Assembly: GCA_047601445.1 (NCBI GenBank)
Contig: JASGJH010000001.1
Coordinates: 8,064,001 to 8,128,000, forward strand
Length of the DNA stretch: 64,000 nucleotides
Source: Myxococcales bacterium
GTDB taxonomy: Bacteria; Myxococcota_A; Polyangia; Polyangiales; DASUME01
Reading direction: 5' to 3'
The notes below the pieces were generated by a model. The model had not been told where the DNA came from. It did not search any database and saw only the letters and a program-made list of their open reading frames with translations. Both the position numbers and the translations under genes were made by a program. The stretch's first letter is position 1. Each line of letters begins with the position of its first letter. Positions 47,815-58,032 of the stretch are shown piece after piece.

Positions 47815-48981
47815 ACAAGGGCTACGTGGGCGTTGTCGCGGGTGCGTTAGCGGGTCTCGCGGTCGGTCTTGGGATCGACTCCTGGGGTGGTGATGACGGG
47901 CACGACGAGCCGGTCGCCAAGGCGCAGCAGGAGGTGGTGTCCTCCCGTGACGTGCGCCTCTCCGCAGAGCTCGCCAAGCGCGGGCAGCTCGCCACCGAGA
48001 AGGTCGAGAAGCGCGCCATGGCCCCCACGCTGAAGCTGGTGGGGTCGGTGAACTTCGACTCGGACGCCGTGGCAGACGTGGGCGGTCGCATCGACGGGCG
48101 CATCACGCGCATGCTGGTGTCCATCGGCGACAAGGTCGATCAGGGGCAGGCGCTGGTGGAAATCGAGAGCAATCAGCTTGGCGAGGCCATGGCCACGCTG
48201 CTCTCCGCGCGGGCCAACTTGATCGCCGCCGAGAACCACGCCCAGCGCGAGAGCGACCTCGGCGAGAAGCAGCTCTCGAGCGCGCCCATCGTGGAGCGCG
48301 CCAAGGCGGAGGCCAAGGCGCTGCGCGCGGAGGTTCACGGGGCCGAGCAGCGTTTGCTCGCCATGGGCCTCACGGCGCAGGATTCTGGTGGCGCTCGACA
48401 ATGGCAACGGACCACGCCGCATCACACTGCGCGCGCCCATCGCGGGCGAGGTGGTGGAGCGCTACGCGCTGCTCGGCCAGGTCGTGGACCCCACGCAGCC
48501 CATCCTGCGCATCGCCGATCTGAGCAAGCTCTGGGTGGAGCTCGACGTGTTCGAGCGCGATTTGGCGCGCGTGGCCGTGGGCGACAAGGTGGAGATCGTC
48601 TCCGAGACGCACCCCGGTCGCAGCTTCCACGGCTCGGTTAGCTACGTGGACGCCACCATCGACGTGGTCACGCGTGCGGCCCACGTCCGCATCGAGGTGG
48701 AGAATCCCGAGCGCCTCCTGCGCCCAGGTCAGTTCGTCCATGCGCGTCTCACCACCACGGGCGACAAGCGCGAAGTCATCAGCATCCCGAGACGCGCCGT
48801 GACGCGCGTCGATGGCGAGCCCGCGGTCTTCCTCGCTCTTGGCGGCGACAAGTACACCGCCCGCACGGTCGAGCTGGGGCCGGCCACGGGCGACTTCGTG
48901 GAAGTCACGCGCGGCCTCGTCGAGAGTGACGTCATCGTTACCGAGGGCGCCTTCGTCCTGAAGAGCGAACTCGAGCGCTGA
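47811..48981 (+). CDS. czcB: CzcB/CusB-type membrane fusion protein; frameshifted as sequenced at ~48383
   Basis: N-half GRIDGRI..GDKV..GQ.L..IES. C-half LRAPIAGEV, IADLS.LWV, NPER.LRPG, EGAF.LKSEL is in the +1 frame. GATTC->GATC restores ~389 aa. Confidence 0.85.
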
Positions 48982-48986
48982 GATCG

Positions 48987-49045
48987 CTCTGCTCGCGCGC
49001 TGAGGGCGCGCTCGTTTTCTGCCAGCGCGCGCCCGAGGGCGTGCT
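48987..49045 (+). repeat. Two tandem degenerate copies of the dispersed palindromic repeat between czcB and czcA
   Basis: CTCTGCTCGCGCGC-TGAGGGCGCGCT-CG (48987-49014) and GCGCGCCCGAGGGCGTGCT (49027-49045). Confidence 0.7.
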
Positions 49046-49066
49046 GGACCACAACAGGAAGTTCAC

Positions 49067-52000
49067 GTGCTCGAAAACATCGTGGAGTTCGCCACGCGGC
49101 GCGCAGCGCTCGTCGTGACGATAACGGCCGCTATTTGCCTGGTGGGTGCGTTTCTCGTGCCCAAGCTCCCCATCGACGCCGTGCCGGACGTGACGAACGT
49201 CCAGGTCTTGGTGTTGACCGAAGCGCAGGGACTCTCCGCCGAGGAGATGGAGCGCTTCGTGACCTTCCCGGTGGAGATGGGCTTGAACGGCTTGCCGGAG
49301 CTCGACGAGCTGCGCTCCGTGACGCGCAACGGCCTCAGCGCTGTCACCGTGGTCTTCAAGGAGAGCATGAACATCTGGTTTGCGCGCCAGATGGTCTCCG
49401 AGCGACTGCGCGAGATCGAGGCGGAGATTCCACCCGAGTACGGCAAGCCCCAGCTGGCCCCGGTGTCGACGGGCCTGGGTGAGATTTACCAGTTCGTGCT
49501 CGAGAGCGATCGGCACTCGCCCATGGAGTTGCGCACCATGCTGACGTGGGAGCTCACGCCGGAGCTGCGCAGCGTGCCCGGGGTCATCGAGGTGAACGCG
49601 CAGGGCGGCTCCGCCAAGGAATACCAAGTGGTGGTGGACCCGGCGCGGCTGGCCGCCCACCGGCTCACGCTGGGGCAGGTCATCCACGCGCTCGAGAGCA
49701 ACAACGCCACGGTGGGCGGTGGTTGGATTCGAGAGCGGCAGTGAGCAGTTGGTGATCCGGGGCGAGGGTCAGCTGCGCACGGTCAACGACATCCTCGATG
49801 TCGTGGTCGCCGTCGACGCGGACGGCACGCCGGTGCAAATCAAGCGCCTCGGTGAGGCCCGCGTGGGCACCGCGCTGCCGCAGGGCGTGGTCACGCGCGA
49901 CGGCAAGACCGAGGCCGTCACTGGCACCGTGATGATGCTGATCGGCGCGAACTCACGCGACGTCGTCACTGCGGTGAAGCTCAAGATCGAGGAGCTGCGC
50001 CAGAAGTTACCCGAAGGCGTGCGCATCGACACGGTGTACGACCGCGCGAGCTTCATCGAGCGCACGCTAAAGACGGTGGGTGGCAACCTGGCGGAGGGCG
50101 CGCTGCTAGTGGGCCTCGTGGTGCTCGTGTTTCTGGGGTCGTGGCGCGCCAGCTTGCTGGTCACTCTGGGCATCCCGGTGTCCATGCTGCTGGCCCTCTA
50201 CGGCATGTTGCAGTTGGGAGTCACGGGCAGCCTGATGTCGCTCGGCGCCATCGATTTCGGTCTCTTGGTCGACGGTCCCATCGTGATGGCCGAGGCCGTG
50301 ATCGCCAAGCTGGCCTTTGACCACGTGAATGCCGGCAATCGCCAGGCCGTGATCCGCGACAGCCTCAAGCAAGTCACCCGTCCGGTGCTCTTCTCGGTGC
50401 TGATCATCATGCTGGTCTACGTGCCGCTGCTCACGCTCGAGGGCACCGAGGGCAAGATGTTCCGGCCGATGGCCACCACCATGGCCCTGGCCCTGTTCGG
50501 CTCGGTGATCTTCTCGCTCTTCACGTTCCCGGCGGGTGCCGCGCTCCTGCTCAAGGAGGGAGGCCACCACGGTGGTTGGCTGGCCAAGCTCGACGCGCCC
50601 TACGAGCGGCTGGTGAACTTCGCGGTGCAAAAGCGCGGCCTATTGATCGCGGTCGCCTGCGGCTTCTTGCTGCTCACCATCCCCGTGGGCGGCTCACTGG
50701 GCGCCGACTTCGTGCCGCGCATCGACGAGGGCGACATGGTGGTCGCCATCCGCCGTATCCCGAGCATCGGCTTCACCGAGGCCCGCAAGCTCGATCTGGC
50801 CGTGGAGCAAGTGCTGCATCGCTTCCCCGAAGTCGAGACCACGCTGGCGATGACCGGCCGCGCCGAGGTCGCCGTGGATCCGGTGGGCATGGACAACAGC
50901 GACGTGCTCGTGAAACTGAAGCCCAAGGAGACCTGGACCAGCGCACGCGACCTCGACGAGCTCGGTGACAAGGTCAAGCAGGCCATCGAGCGTGAGGTTC
51001 CAGCGACGTTCGTGGCCATCTCGCAGCCCATCGAAGACCGAACCAACGAGATGGTGTCGGGCTCTCCTGCCGACGTGGCCATCCAGATCTACGGTGAAGA
51101 CCTGGAAACGCTCACGGATCTGGGCCGCCGCATGGTGCGCACGCTGGGCTCCATCGCCGGCGCCGGCGACGTGCGTGTGGAGCGCACGCTGGGGCTGCCG
51201 ATGCTGCAGATCCGGGCCGATCGTCCGCGTCTTGCGCGCTATGGGATCCCCGCCGACGACGTGCTCGCCGCGGTCAGCGCGACGCGCCAGGGCCGCCAAG
51301 TCGGCTACGTGTTCGAAGGGCAGCGCCGCTTCGATCTGCGCGTGATGGTGCCGCCCGTGAGTCAGCGTCCGGACGACTTCGGACGCCTGCCGGTGGGTGC
51401 CCACGAGGGACAGCTCGTGCCGCTCGCCCAGGTCGCACGCATCGCCGAGGAGGACGGGCCCGCGCAGATCAGCCGTCAGGGCATGAAGCGGCGTCTGCGC
51501 GTGGACGTGAACATTCGCGGCCGTGACCTGGTGAGCTTCGTCGAGGAAGCCAAGGCGCGCATTGCCGACACGCTCAAGCTGCCTCCTGGCTACTCCCTCT
51601 CGTGGGGCGGACAGTTTCAGAACTTCGAGCGCGCGAGCGCCCGCCTGGCCGTGGTGCTCCCGCTGGCGCTGGCGATCATCTTCGGCATGCTCTTCATGGC
51701 CTTCGGCAACGTGCGCTACGCCGGCGCGGTGTTCTCGGGCGTGCCCTTCGCCCTGATCGGGGGAGTTATCGCGCTCAAGGTACGCGAGATGCCGTTCAGC
51801 ATTCCGGCGGCGGTCGGCTTCATCGCCCTGTGCGGCATCGCCGTGCTCAACGGTGTGGTGATGGCCAGCGAAGTGCGGCGCCGCATCGCTGAGGGCCACG
51901 ACGGCGACCCGCTCGTGAAGGGTGCGGTCGCAGTGCTGCGTCCGATGCTGCTCACGGCCACGGTAGCCTCCATCGGCTTCTTGCCCATGGCCATCTCCAG

Positions 52001-52193
52001 CTCTGCAGGCAGCGAGGTGCAGCGCCCTCTGGCGACCGCGGTCATCGGCGGCATGGTCTCGAGCACCCTGCTCGGACTCATCCTGTTGCCCGCGCTGTTG
52101 CGGGTGTTCCTGGGCGAGAAGCGTCAGGTCTCCATGTTCCCGCCGCCGCCCGTGGCCCGCGCCTCGCAAAGTCCCAAGGCGCCCGCGAACTGA
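49067..52193 (+). CDS. czcA: CzcA/CusA heavy-metal RND efflux permease; frameshifted as sequenced at ~49728
   Basis: LPIDAVPDVTNVQV; PVSTGLGEIYQF; SLGAIDFGLLVDG; EGKMFRPMA; SQPIE.R.NE; AAVGFIAL.GIAVLNG; GSEVQRPLAT. GATTC->GATC restores ~1041 aa. Confidence 0.92.
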
Positions 52194-52227
52194 GCACGCC
52201 TCGGGCGCCTACGGGACCGATGAGTCT

Positions 52228-53667
52228 TCAGCCAGGCCGACGCGGGCTCTCGCCGCGCATCGCCACCGCGCTCGAAACCGCCAGCGCGATCAGCACGCGG
52301 GCCGAGGCCCACAGCGGCGAGGGCGCCACCCTGGTGTTCACCGCGAACACCAGCCAGAGCGTCGAAGCCAGCTCGAGGCCTCCCAGCGCCATCAAGCCCG
52401 CCGCCACGGAGCGTACGATGCGCGCGTTGTGCGCCTTCACCATCGCCACGTTGCGCCAGTGATTGGCCAGTGTGCGACCCACGCCCATCGCGCTCGCGAT
52501 GCCCGCCACGGCCGCGCCCAGTACGACCAGCGCGAACTCCGTGGTGCCGAGCTCCTTGTGAGGCGACAGGCCCTGCACCAGCAGCGAGAGCATGGCGGCC
52601 ACCGAGAAGCCGCCCAGCAGCGACAGCGAGAGCGCCGAGAGCACTGCCACGGGGCGCACCAAGCGCGCCTGGCGGTCGAGTGCCTTGGTGTCGTTGCCGC
52701 CGCCGATCATGGTGGAAGCACCGCCACGCTTGTCGAAGGGCGCCAGCGCGTCCTCGAACTCCTCCGCGCTCTGGTAACGCTGGCTCGGATCGCGGGCCAT
52801 GGCCTTCTCGATCACGGCTTCGAGTCCGGGCGAGATGCTGCGCTCCACCAGGCTGGGCCGTGGCGGGGCCTCCTCCATCAAGCGGATCAACGTGCCGCCC
52901 GCGTCGGAGTCGGAGTACGGACTCTTGCCGGTCACCATCCGATAGAGCACCGCACCGATCGCATAGAGATCGCTGCGTTGATCGGCGTAGCTCGCACCGC
53001 GCGCCTGCTCGGGCGCCATGTAGGCTGGGGTCCCGACGATGACTCCGGTGCTGGTGAGTTCGGAGTCGCCGCGGCTCTTGGCCACGCCGAAGTCGAGGAT
53101 CTTGAGCGTCGGCCGGCCCGTCGCGTCCTTGGCCACGAACAGGTTCGAGGGCTTGAGGTCGCGGTGGATGACCCCTGCGGTGTGCGCTGCACCAAGGCCC
53201 CACAGGCACTGTCTGATCAGATAGACCGCGTCACCTTGTTGCAGCTTGCCGCCGCACTCGATGAGATGTTGAGACAGGTCGTAGCCCACCAGGAGCTCAC
53301 TCACGATGCAGGTGCGTCCGTCGGGGGCCCGCACCACGTCGATGATGTCGACCACGTGGTCGCTGCGCACCTGGCTCATCACGCGCGCCTCGCGCTCGAA
53401 GCGAACGCGCAGGTCCTCGCGCTGTGAGAGAGGATGGTGGATGACCTTGACCGCGAACATGCGATCGAGTCGCAGGTGCCGAGCTTGGTACAGACGACCC
53501 ATGCCGCCTTCGCCGAGCACGTCCTCGATGCGATAGGTGCCTGCCAGTTCCACGCCGAGCAGTTCGTCGTTGTCGGCAGGCCGGATGAGCGCCGGGCCCA
53601 CGGGCTCCGGGGTCGCGAGCATGGTGCGCTCGTACTCGCTCTGTGACTTGCGGGCCTGTTGGTTCAT
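52228..53667 (-). CDS. Hanks-type Ser/Thr protein kinase with C-terminal transmembrane helices
   Basis: LGEGGMG; AVK; HRDLKPSN; DFG; GTPAYMAPEQ; SDLYAIG; about four C-terminal TM segments. Confidence 0.93.
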   Translation of the reverse strand: MNQQARKSQSEYERTMLATPEPVGPALIRPADNDELLGVELAGTYRIEDVLGEGGMGRLYQARHLRLDRMFAVKVIHHPLSQREDLRVRFEREARVMSQVRSDHVVDIIDVVRAPDGRTCIVSELLVGYDLSQHLIECGGKLQQGDAVYLIRQCLWGLGAAHTAGVIHRDLKPSNLFVAKDATGRPTLKILDFGVAKSRGDSELTSTGVIVGTPAYMAPEQARGASYADQRSDLYAIGAVLYRMVTGKSPYSDSDAGGTLIRLMEEAPPRPSLVERSISPGLEAVIEKAMARDPSQRYQSAEEFEDALAPFDKRGGASTMIGGGNDTKALDRQARLVRPVAVLSALSLSLLGGFSVAAMLSLLVQGLSPHKELGTTEFALVVLGAAVAGIASAMGVGRTLANHWRNVAMVKAHNARIVRSVAAGLMALGGLELASTLWLVFAVNTRVAPSPLWASARVLIALAVSSAVAMRGESPRRPG

Positions 53668-53863
53668 GCGCTCACTAGGCTACCGCGGAAACCGGGGTCC
53701 CAGGCTAGTGCTGTCTCACGCGCACATGTGCGCTCCCCACATAGGGGTATGATGCGCGACCGCCCTCGGCTCTCGCTCGATTCCTCCAAAGGCCTGCGCT
53801 TCCGTCGCGTTCCTTCGCGCACCAGGACGTCGCACAGAACCGCACGAGCGGTTAGTCTAAGGT

Positions 53864-55027
53864 GTGGTCCGACGCGCCCATACACCGCCGACGTCCGGGG
53901 GCCAAGCCTTCGCCGTCGAGCGGAAACAGTCGTCGGAGGGCGCCGCAGCGCTGCAGTTCAGCGGCGCACTCAAGTTGGCCGATGCCTCGGTCCTGTGGAC
54001 TGTGCTCGAAGAATACGTGCAAGCGCAGGCGCCGAACACCACGCTCAACTTCGACTTGAGCGCCGTGCAGGTCATCGATGGTGCAGCGATGGCCCTGCTG
54101 GTCGACGCGCGCACGGCACTGTGTCGCAAGAACGTACAGTGCGAGCTGCAGCATGGGTCCCAGTCGGTCCAGGAGTTGATCCGACTCTACCGCGGCGACG
54201 CCAAGGTGCGCGCCAAGCGTCGGCGCAAGCCGAAGTCCACGTTCGAGCAGATCGGTGACGCCACGGTTCACCTACTCAACGAGGGCAAGCTCGCGCTCGC
54301 CTTCCTGGGGCAGTTGGTAGTGGAGCTGCGTGGGGTACTCAGCGCGCCGCGCAGCGGCAACTTCCGCGAGGTTCCGCCGATCATGGAGAAGACCGGCGCA
54401 GACGCCTTGCCGATCGTGCTCCTCATCAACTTCCTGGTGGGCCTGGTGATGGCGTTCCAGGCTTCGGTGCAGCTCAAGCGCTTCGGCGCCAACATCTTGG
54501 TGGCGGACTTGATCGGCATCTCCATGACCCGCGAGCTCGGTCCCTTGATGACGGCCATCGTGGTGTGCGGACGCTCGGGGGCGGCCTTCGCGGCGGAGCT
54601 CGGCACCATGAAGGTGAACGAGGAGATCGACGCCTTGCGCGTGCTCGGGCTGTCACCGATGCGCTATCTGGTGTTGCCGCGCGCGCTGGGCATGTTCCTG
54701 GTGCTGCCGTTCCTGGCGTTGTTCGCCGACGTCATGGGCATTCTGGGCGGGCTCACGGTGGGCGTGACGCGGCTCGACCTCACGTTTACCTCGTACATGC
54801 GCCAGACCTTCCACGCCGTGAAGTTGTGGGACGTGTACTCGGGGGCTCTCAAGGCGGGAGTGTTCGCGATCGCCATCTGCCTGATCGCTTGCCAACAAGG
54901 CCTGGCCGCCACGGGTGGGGCCGAGGGGGTCGGGCAACGCACCACGGCTGCCGTGGTCTCGAGTCTGTTCACGCTGATCCTGATCGACGCCGTCTTCACC
55001 GTGATGTTCCGATTGACGGGCCTATGA
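53864..55027 (+). CDS. mlaE: MlaE-family ABC permease with N-terminal STAS domain
   Basis: FDLSAV..ID.A (STAS); RELGPLMTAI..GRSGAAFAAELGTMKV.EEIDAL; GAEGVG..TT.AVV. Confidence 0.9.
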   Translation: MVRRAHTPPTSGGQAFAVERKQSSEGAAALQFSGALKLADASVLWTVLEEYVQAQAPNTTLNFDLSAVQVIDGAAMALLVDARTALCRKNVQCELQHGSQSVQELIRLYRGDAKVRAKRRRKPKSTFEQIGDATVHLLNEGKLALAFLGQLVVELRGVLSAPRSGNFREVPPIMEKTGADALPIVLLINFLVGLVMAFQASVQLKRFGANILVADLIGISMTRELGPLMTAIVVCGRSGAAFAAELGTMKVNEEIDALRVLGLSPMRYLVLPRALGMFLVLPFLALFADVMGILGGLTVGVTRLDLTFTSYMRQTFHAVKLWDVYSGALKAGVFAIAICLIACQQGLAATGGAEGVGQRTTAAVVSSLFTLILIDAVFTVMFRLTGL

Positions 55028-55797
55028 CCGAACCCATCCTCGAAGTTTCGCGACTGACCATCGGCTGGGACACACGGACCCTGCTCGAGGATCTCAGCTT
55101 CCGCGTCGAGCGTGGCGAGGTCTTCGTGATCCTCGGGGGCAGCGGCTCGGGCAAGTCCACGCTGCTGAGACATTTGATCGGCCTCGAAGTGCCGCTCGCG
55201 GGCGAGATTCGCTTGCTCGGCTTCGAGCGCGAGTCGCTCGACGAGCCGGGCAATCGTCGCACCCCGCCGCCCTTCGGCGTGATGTTCCAATCGGGGGCGC
55301 TACTCGGTTCGATGACGGTGGGCGAGAACGTGGCCTTGCCGCTCACCGAGTGGACCAATCTGCCGGAGCCCGCCATCGCGGCCATCGTGTCGGCCAAGCT
55401 GCGCCTGGTGGGCCTCGAAGGGACCCAAGACAAGATGCCCGCGGAGCTCTCCGGGGGCATGAAGAAGCGCGCCGCCATCGCGCGTGCGCTGGCGCTCGAG
55501 TCGGACCTGATCTTTCTCGACGAGCCCTCGGCGGGCCTCGATCCCATCACCTCGGCCGAGCTCGATAGCTTGATTCAAACGCTCAATCGTGACTTAGGTG
55601 TCACGGTGATCATGGTGACTCACGAACTCGACAGTCTGCTCACCGTGGGCACTCGCTGCGTGCTGCTGGACAAGGAGACCAAGAGCATCATCGCCGACGG
55701 ACATCCGCGGGACCTGTACGAGCACGCCACGGATCCGCGCGTGAAGGCCTTCTTTCATCGCCAGGCGCGACCGCTGGTCGCAGGGAGGGCGCCGTGA
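55024..55797 (+). CDS. mlaF: MlaF-family ABC ATPase
   Basis: GGSGSGKST; FQSGAL; ELSGGMKKRAAIARA; LDEPSAGLDP; VTHE. ATGA overlap. Confidence 0.9.
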   Translation: MTEPILEVSRLTIGWDTRTLLEDLSFRVERGEVFVILGGSGSGKSTLLRHLIGLEVPLAGEIRLLGFERESLDEPGNRRTPPPFGVMFQSGALLGSMTVGENVALPLTEWTNLPEPAIAAIVSAKLRLVGLEGTQDKMPAELSGGMKKRAAIARALALESDLIFLDEPSAGLDPITSAELDSLIQTLNRDLGVTVIMVTHELDSLLTVGTRCVLLDKETKSIIADGHPRDLYEHATDPRVKAFFHRQARPLVAGRAP

Positions 55798-56759
55798 GTG
55801 CCCCCACCAACCGCTGGAAGCTCGGCCTCTTCGTGGTGCTCGGGAGCCTCTTGGCCGTGCTCGCCGTGCTGCTCCTGGGTGCGCGCAGCTTGCGCCGCGA
55901 CACCGTCACCTATCGCAGCTACTTCGACGAAGCCGTGAGCGGCCTCGACATCGGCTCCTCGGTCAGCTTTCGCGGCGTACGCGTGGGCGATGTGTCCGCC
56001 ATCGAGGTCGCTCCCGACCGCCGCCACGTGGAGGTCATCTACAAACTGGAGACGTCGGTGCTCACGCGCCTGGGCCTGGCCCACACCGAGGGCAGCGAGC
56101 TCGTGGTGCAAGTGCCGTCCGATCTGCGCGTGCAGCTCTCGAGCACCAGCATCACGGGCAACAAGTACCTCAAGCTCGACTTCTTCGACCCGGTGAAGAA
56201 CCCGCCTCCCGTGCTCCCGTTCGATCCGGGCGACAACACCATCCCGGCCACGCCGTCGACCCTGAAGAACCTCGAGGACTCGCTGCTCAAGGCGGTAGAC
56301 CAAGTCCCCGAGCTGGTGGACAGCGTGAAGGTCATCCTCGCCCAAATGCAGGAGATCCTGCGCGACGTGCACAGCCAGGAGCTGCCTGGCCACGCCGCCG
56401 CGCTGATCGCACGCACCGATCACGTGATGCTCACCTTGGAGGGCACCCTGCGCGACGCGCACGTGAAGGAGCTCTCCGATCAAACCCGCGCCACCATGGC
56501 CAGCCTCGACACCACCTTGAACGAAGTGCGAGGGCTGGTGGCCCGCGTGAACGGCGACAAGGGGCTGCTCGACAGCGTGCAACGCGCGTCCGATGCGTTC
56601 GGTGATTTGGCCCAGGAGGCCAAGCCCGCGGGAGCGGAGCTGGAGGATACCTTGCGAGACCTCAGGCGGATGGCCGAGTCCGTGCGGCGCTTGTCCGATG
56701 CCCTCGAGCGCGATTCCGACATGCTCCTCAAGGGGCGAGCCAAGGAGAAGGTTCCGTGA
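55794..56759 (+). CDS. mlaD: MCE/MlaD family protein with helical C-terminus
   Basis: KLGLFV TM; YFDEAVSGL..GS.V.FRGV.VG.V; ITG.KY..LDF; LER....LLKGR. Confidence 0.88.
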   Translation: MSAPTNRWKLGLFVVLGSLLAVLAVLLLGARSLRRDTVTYRSYFDEAVSGLDIGSSVSFRGVRVGDVSAIEVAPDRRHVEVIYKLETSVLTRLGLAHTEGSELVVQVPSDLRVQLSSTSITGNKYLKLDFFDPVKNPPPVLPFDPGDNTIPATPSTLKNLEDSLLKAVDQVPELVDSVKVILAQMQEILRDVHSQELPGHAAALIARTDHVMLTLEGTLRDAHVKELSDQTRATMASLDTTLNEVRGLVARVNGDKGLLDSVQRASDAFGDLAQEAKPAGAELEDTLRDLRRMAESVRRLSDALERDSDMLLKGRAKEKVP

Positions 56760-57442
56760 GCGTGTATCCCTCCGCTCGCGCGCCCGAGGGCGCGCTTCGA
56801 CGGCGATGGCGGCTCGGTGCCGTGGCGAGCGCGCTCGCGCTCCTACTCGCGGGCGTTTTGGGTGGGTGCTCGGCGCTGTTCTCCAAGAGCGAGCCGCTGT
56901 CCGTGCGCTACTTCGCCCTGCCGGAGCGTGCGGCCACGCGTACCGAGGGCGGCGTACAGGACCTCGCACCCCTGCGTTTGGGACGCGTCCGGGGTGCGGC
57001 GCATCTCGACGTGCGCATGGTGCATCGTCGAGCCGACAACGAGTTGGTCTACGACGAGTCGGTGCGCTGGAGCGAGAACCCGGCGCGCTATTTGGAGCGG
57101 GCCATCGCGCACGCCCTCTTCGAGGAGCGCGGCATCGCACAGGCGATGTCGGGCCGGGCTTTGACGCTGGAGGCGGAGCTCCTTGCCTTCGAGGCCGTCG
57201 AAACAGAGGGGGCGCAGCGGGCCCGCGTGTCGGTGGCGTTCACCTTGCACGACGAGCGCACGAGCCGGCTGGTCGAGACCTTGAGGGTCGAGCGCGAGCT
57301 GACAGCGGATGCCCCCGATGCCTTGGCGGCGGCCCTGGCCTCCGCGCTCGACGAGGCGGTGAACCGCGTCGTCGAACGGGTGCTGCCGGAGCTGGCGGCA
57401 GCGCGAGAAGGCTCCGCGCCGGTGCAAGCAGCGCTTCCGTGA
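56756..57442 (+). CDS. ABC-type transport auxiliary lipoprotein (PqiC/DUF330-like)
   Basis: Lipobox LGGC; RYF.L; RW.E.P; L.AFE. GTGA overlap with mlaD. Confidence 0.75.
   Translation: MSVYPSARAPEGALRRRWRLGAVASALALLLAGVLGGCSALFSKSEPLSVRYFALPERAATRTEGGVQDLAPLRLGRVRGAAHLDVRMVHRRADNELVYDESVRWSENPARYLERAIAHALFEERGIAQAMSGRALTLEAELLAFEAVETEGAQRARVSVAFTLHDERTSRLVETLRVERELTADAPDALAAALASALDEAVNRVVERVLPELAAAREGSAPVQAALP
56770..56800 (+). repeat. Dispersed palindromic repeat, inside the lipoprotein 5' coding region
   Basis: CTCCGCTCGCGCGCCCGAGGGCGCGCTTCGA; stem GCGCGCC, loop CGAG, stem GGCGCGC. Confidence 0.8.
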
Positions 57443-57444
57443 GC

Positions 57445-57771
57445 TCACTCGCGGGGCGCGACCGGCATGGCGTCGGTTCTGGCGTCGGCGACCGCCCCGA
57501 TGGTGCCTTCCACGTAGGTGCGGTCGATCCACGCGCAGGGCTGCCAGGCCCAGGTCCAGTAGCCCCACCAGTAGTTGGGGACACAATCCCAGGCGACAGG
57601 CTCCTCTTCGGCCCGGCCGGTCTGCGGCGGCGCCACCTCTTGGGCTTTTCGAGGGGCCTTCAGCTCCAGTACCGGAGCCGCCTGAGCGATCTTCGGATCG
57701 AGCGCCTGGGAAAACGCGCCCAGCCCGAACAGCAAGCTAAGGGCGAGCACACGTGCTGAACAAGACTCCAT
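57445..57771 (-). CDS. Small secreted Trp-rich hypothetical protein
   Basis: Signal-like VLALSLLFGLGAFSQA; WDCVPNYWWGYWTWAWQPCAW. Confidence 0.5.
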   Translation of the reverse strand: MESCSARVLALSLLFGLGAFSQALDPKIAQAAPVLELKAPRKAQEVAPPQTGRAEEEPVAWDCVPNYWWGYWTWAWQPCAWIDRTYVEGTIGAVADARTDAMPVAPRE

Positions 57772-58032
57772 CGGCACCCCCCTGACCACATGCTGTGAGG
57801 TCAGTTGGAGCCCCGCAAGGAAGGGAATTTCTTGCGTCCTAGGGGGGCAGCGGCGGGATCCGTCTGCCCTTCCTGGAGCGTCTTGGTACCGGCCGGTGGA
57901 CGTTCAGGAGTGTTCGGTGTGAGCTCGAAAGCATGTGCTTTTTTCCACTGTCATAGGAGCCGCGTGCGGCTTTGCATTCTGCTCTTCCTGCGGACAAACC
58001 TGGGCCGTACATTGTCCCCTTCAGGAGTCGGT

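Noticed and set aside
47811..52193. Programmed frameshifting or pseudogenisation of czcB/czcA
   Set aside because: No slippery heptamer and no other decay. The same GATC->GATTC change recurs in an unrelated gene, so read error is more parsimonious.
17183..56800. CRISPR array from the 31 bp repeat
   Set aside because: Copies are dispersed over 40 kb with no regular spacers and no cas genes.
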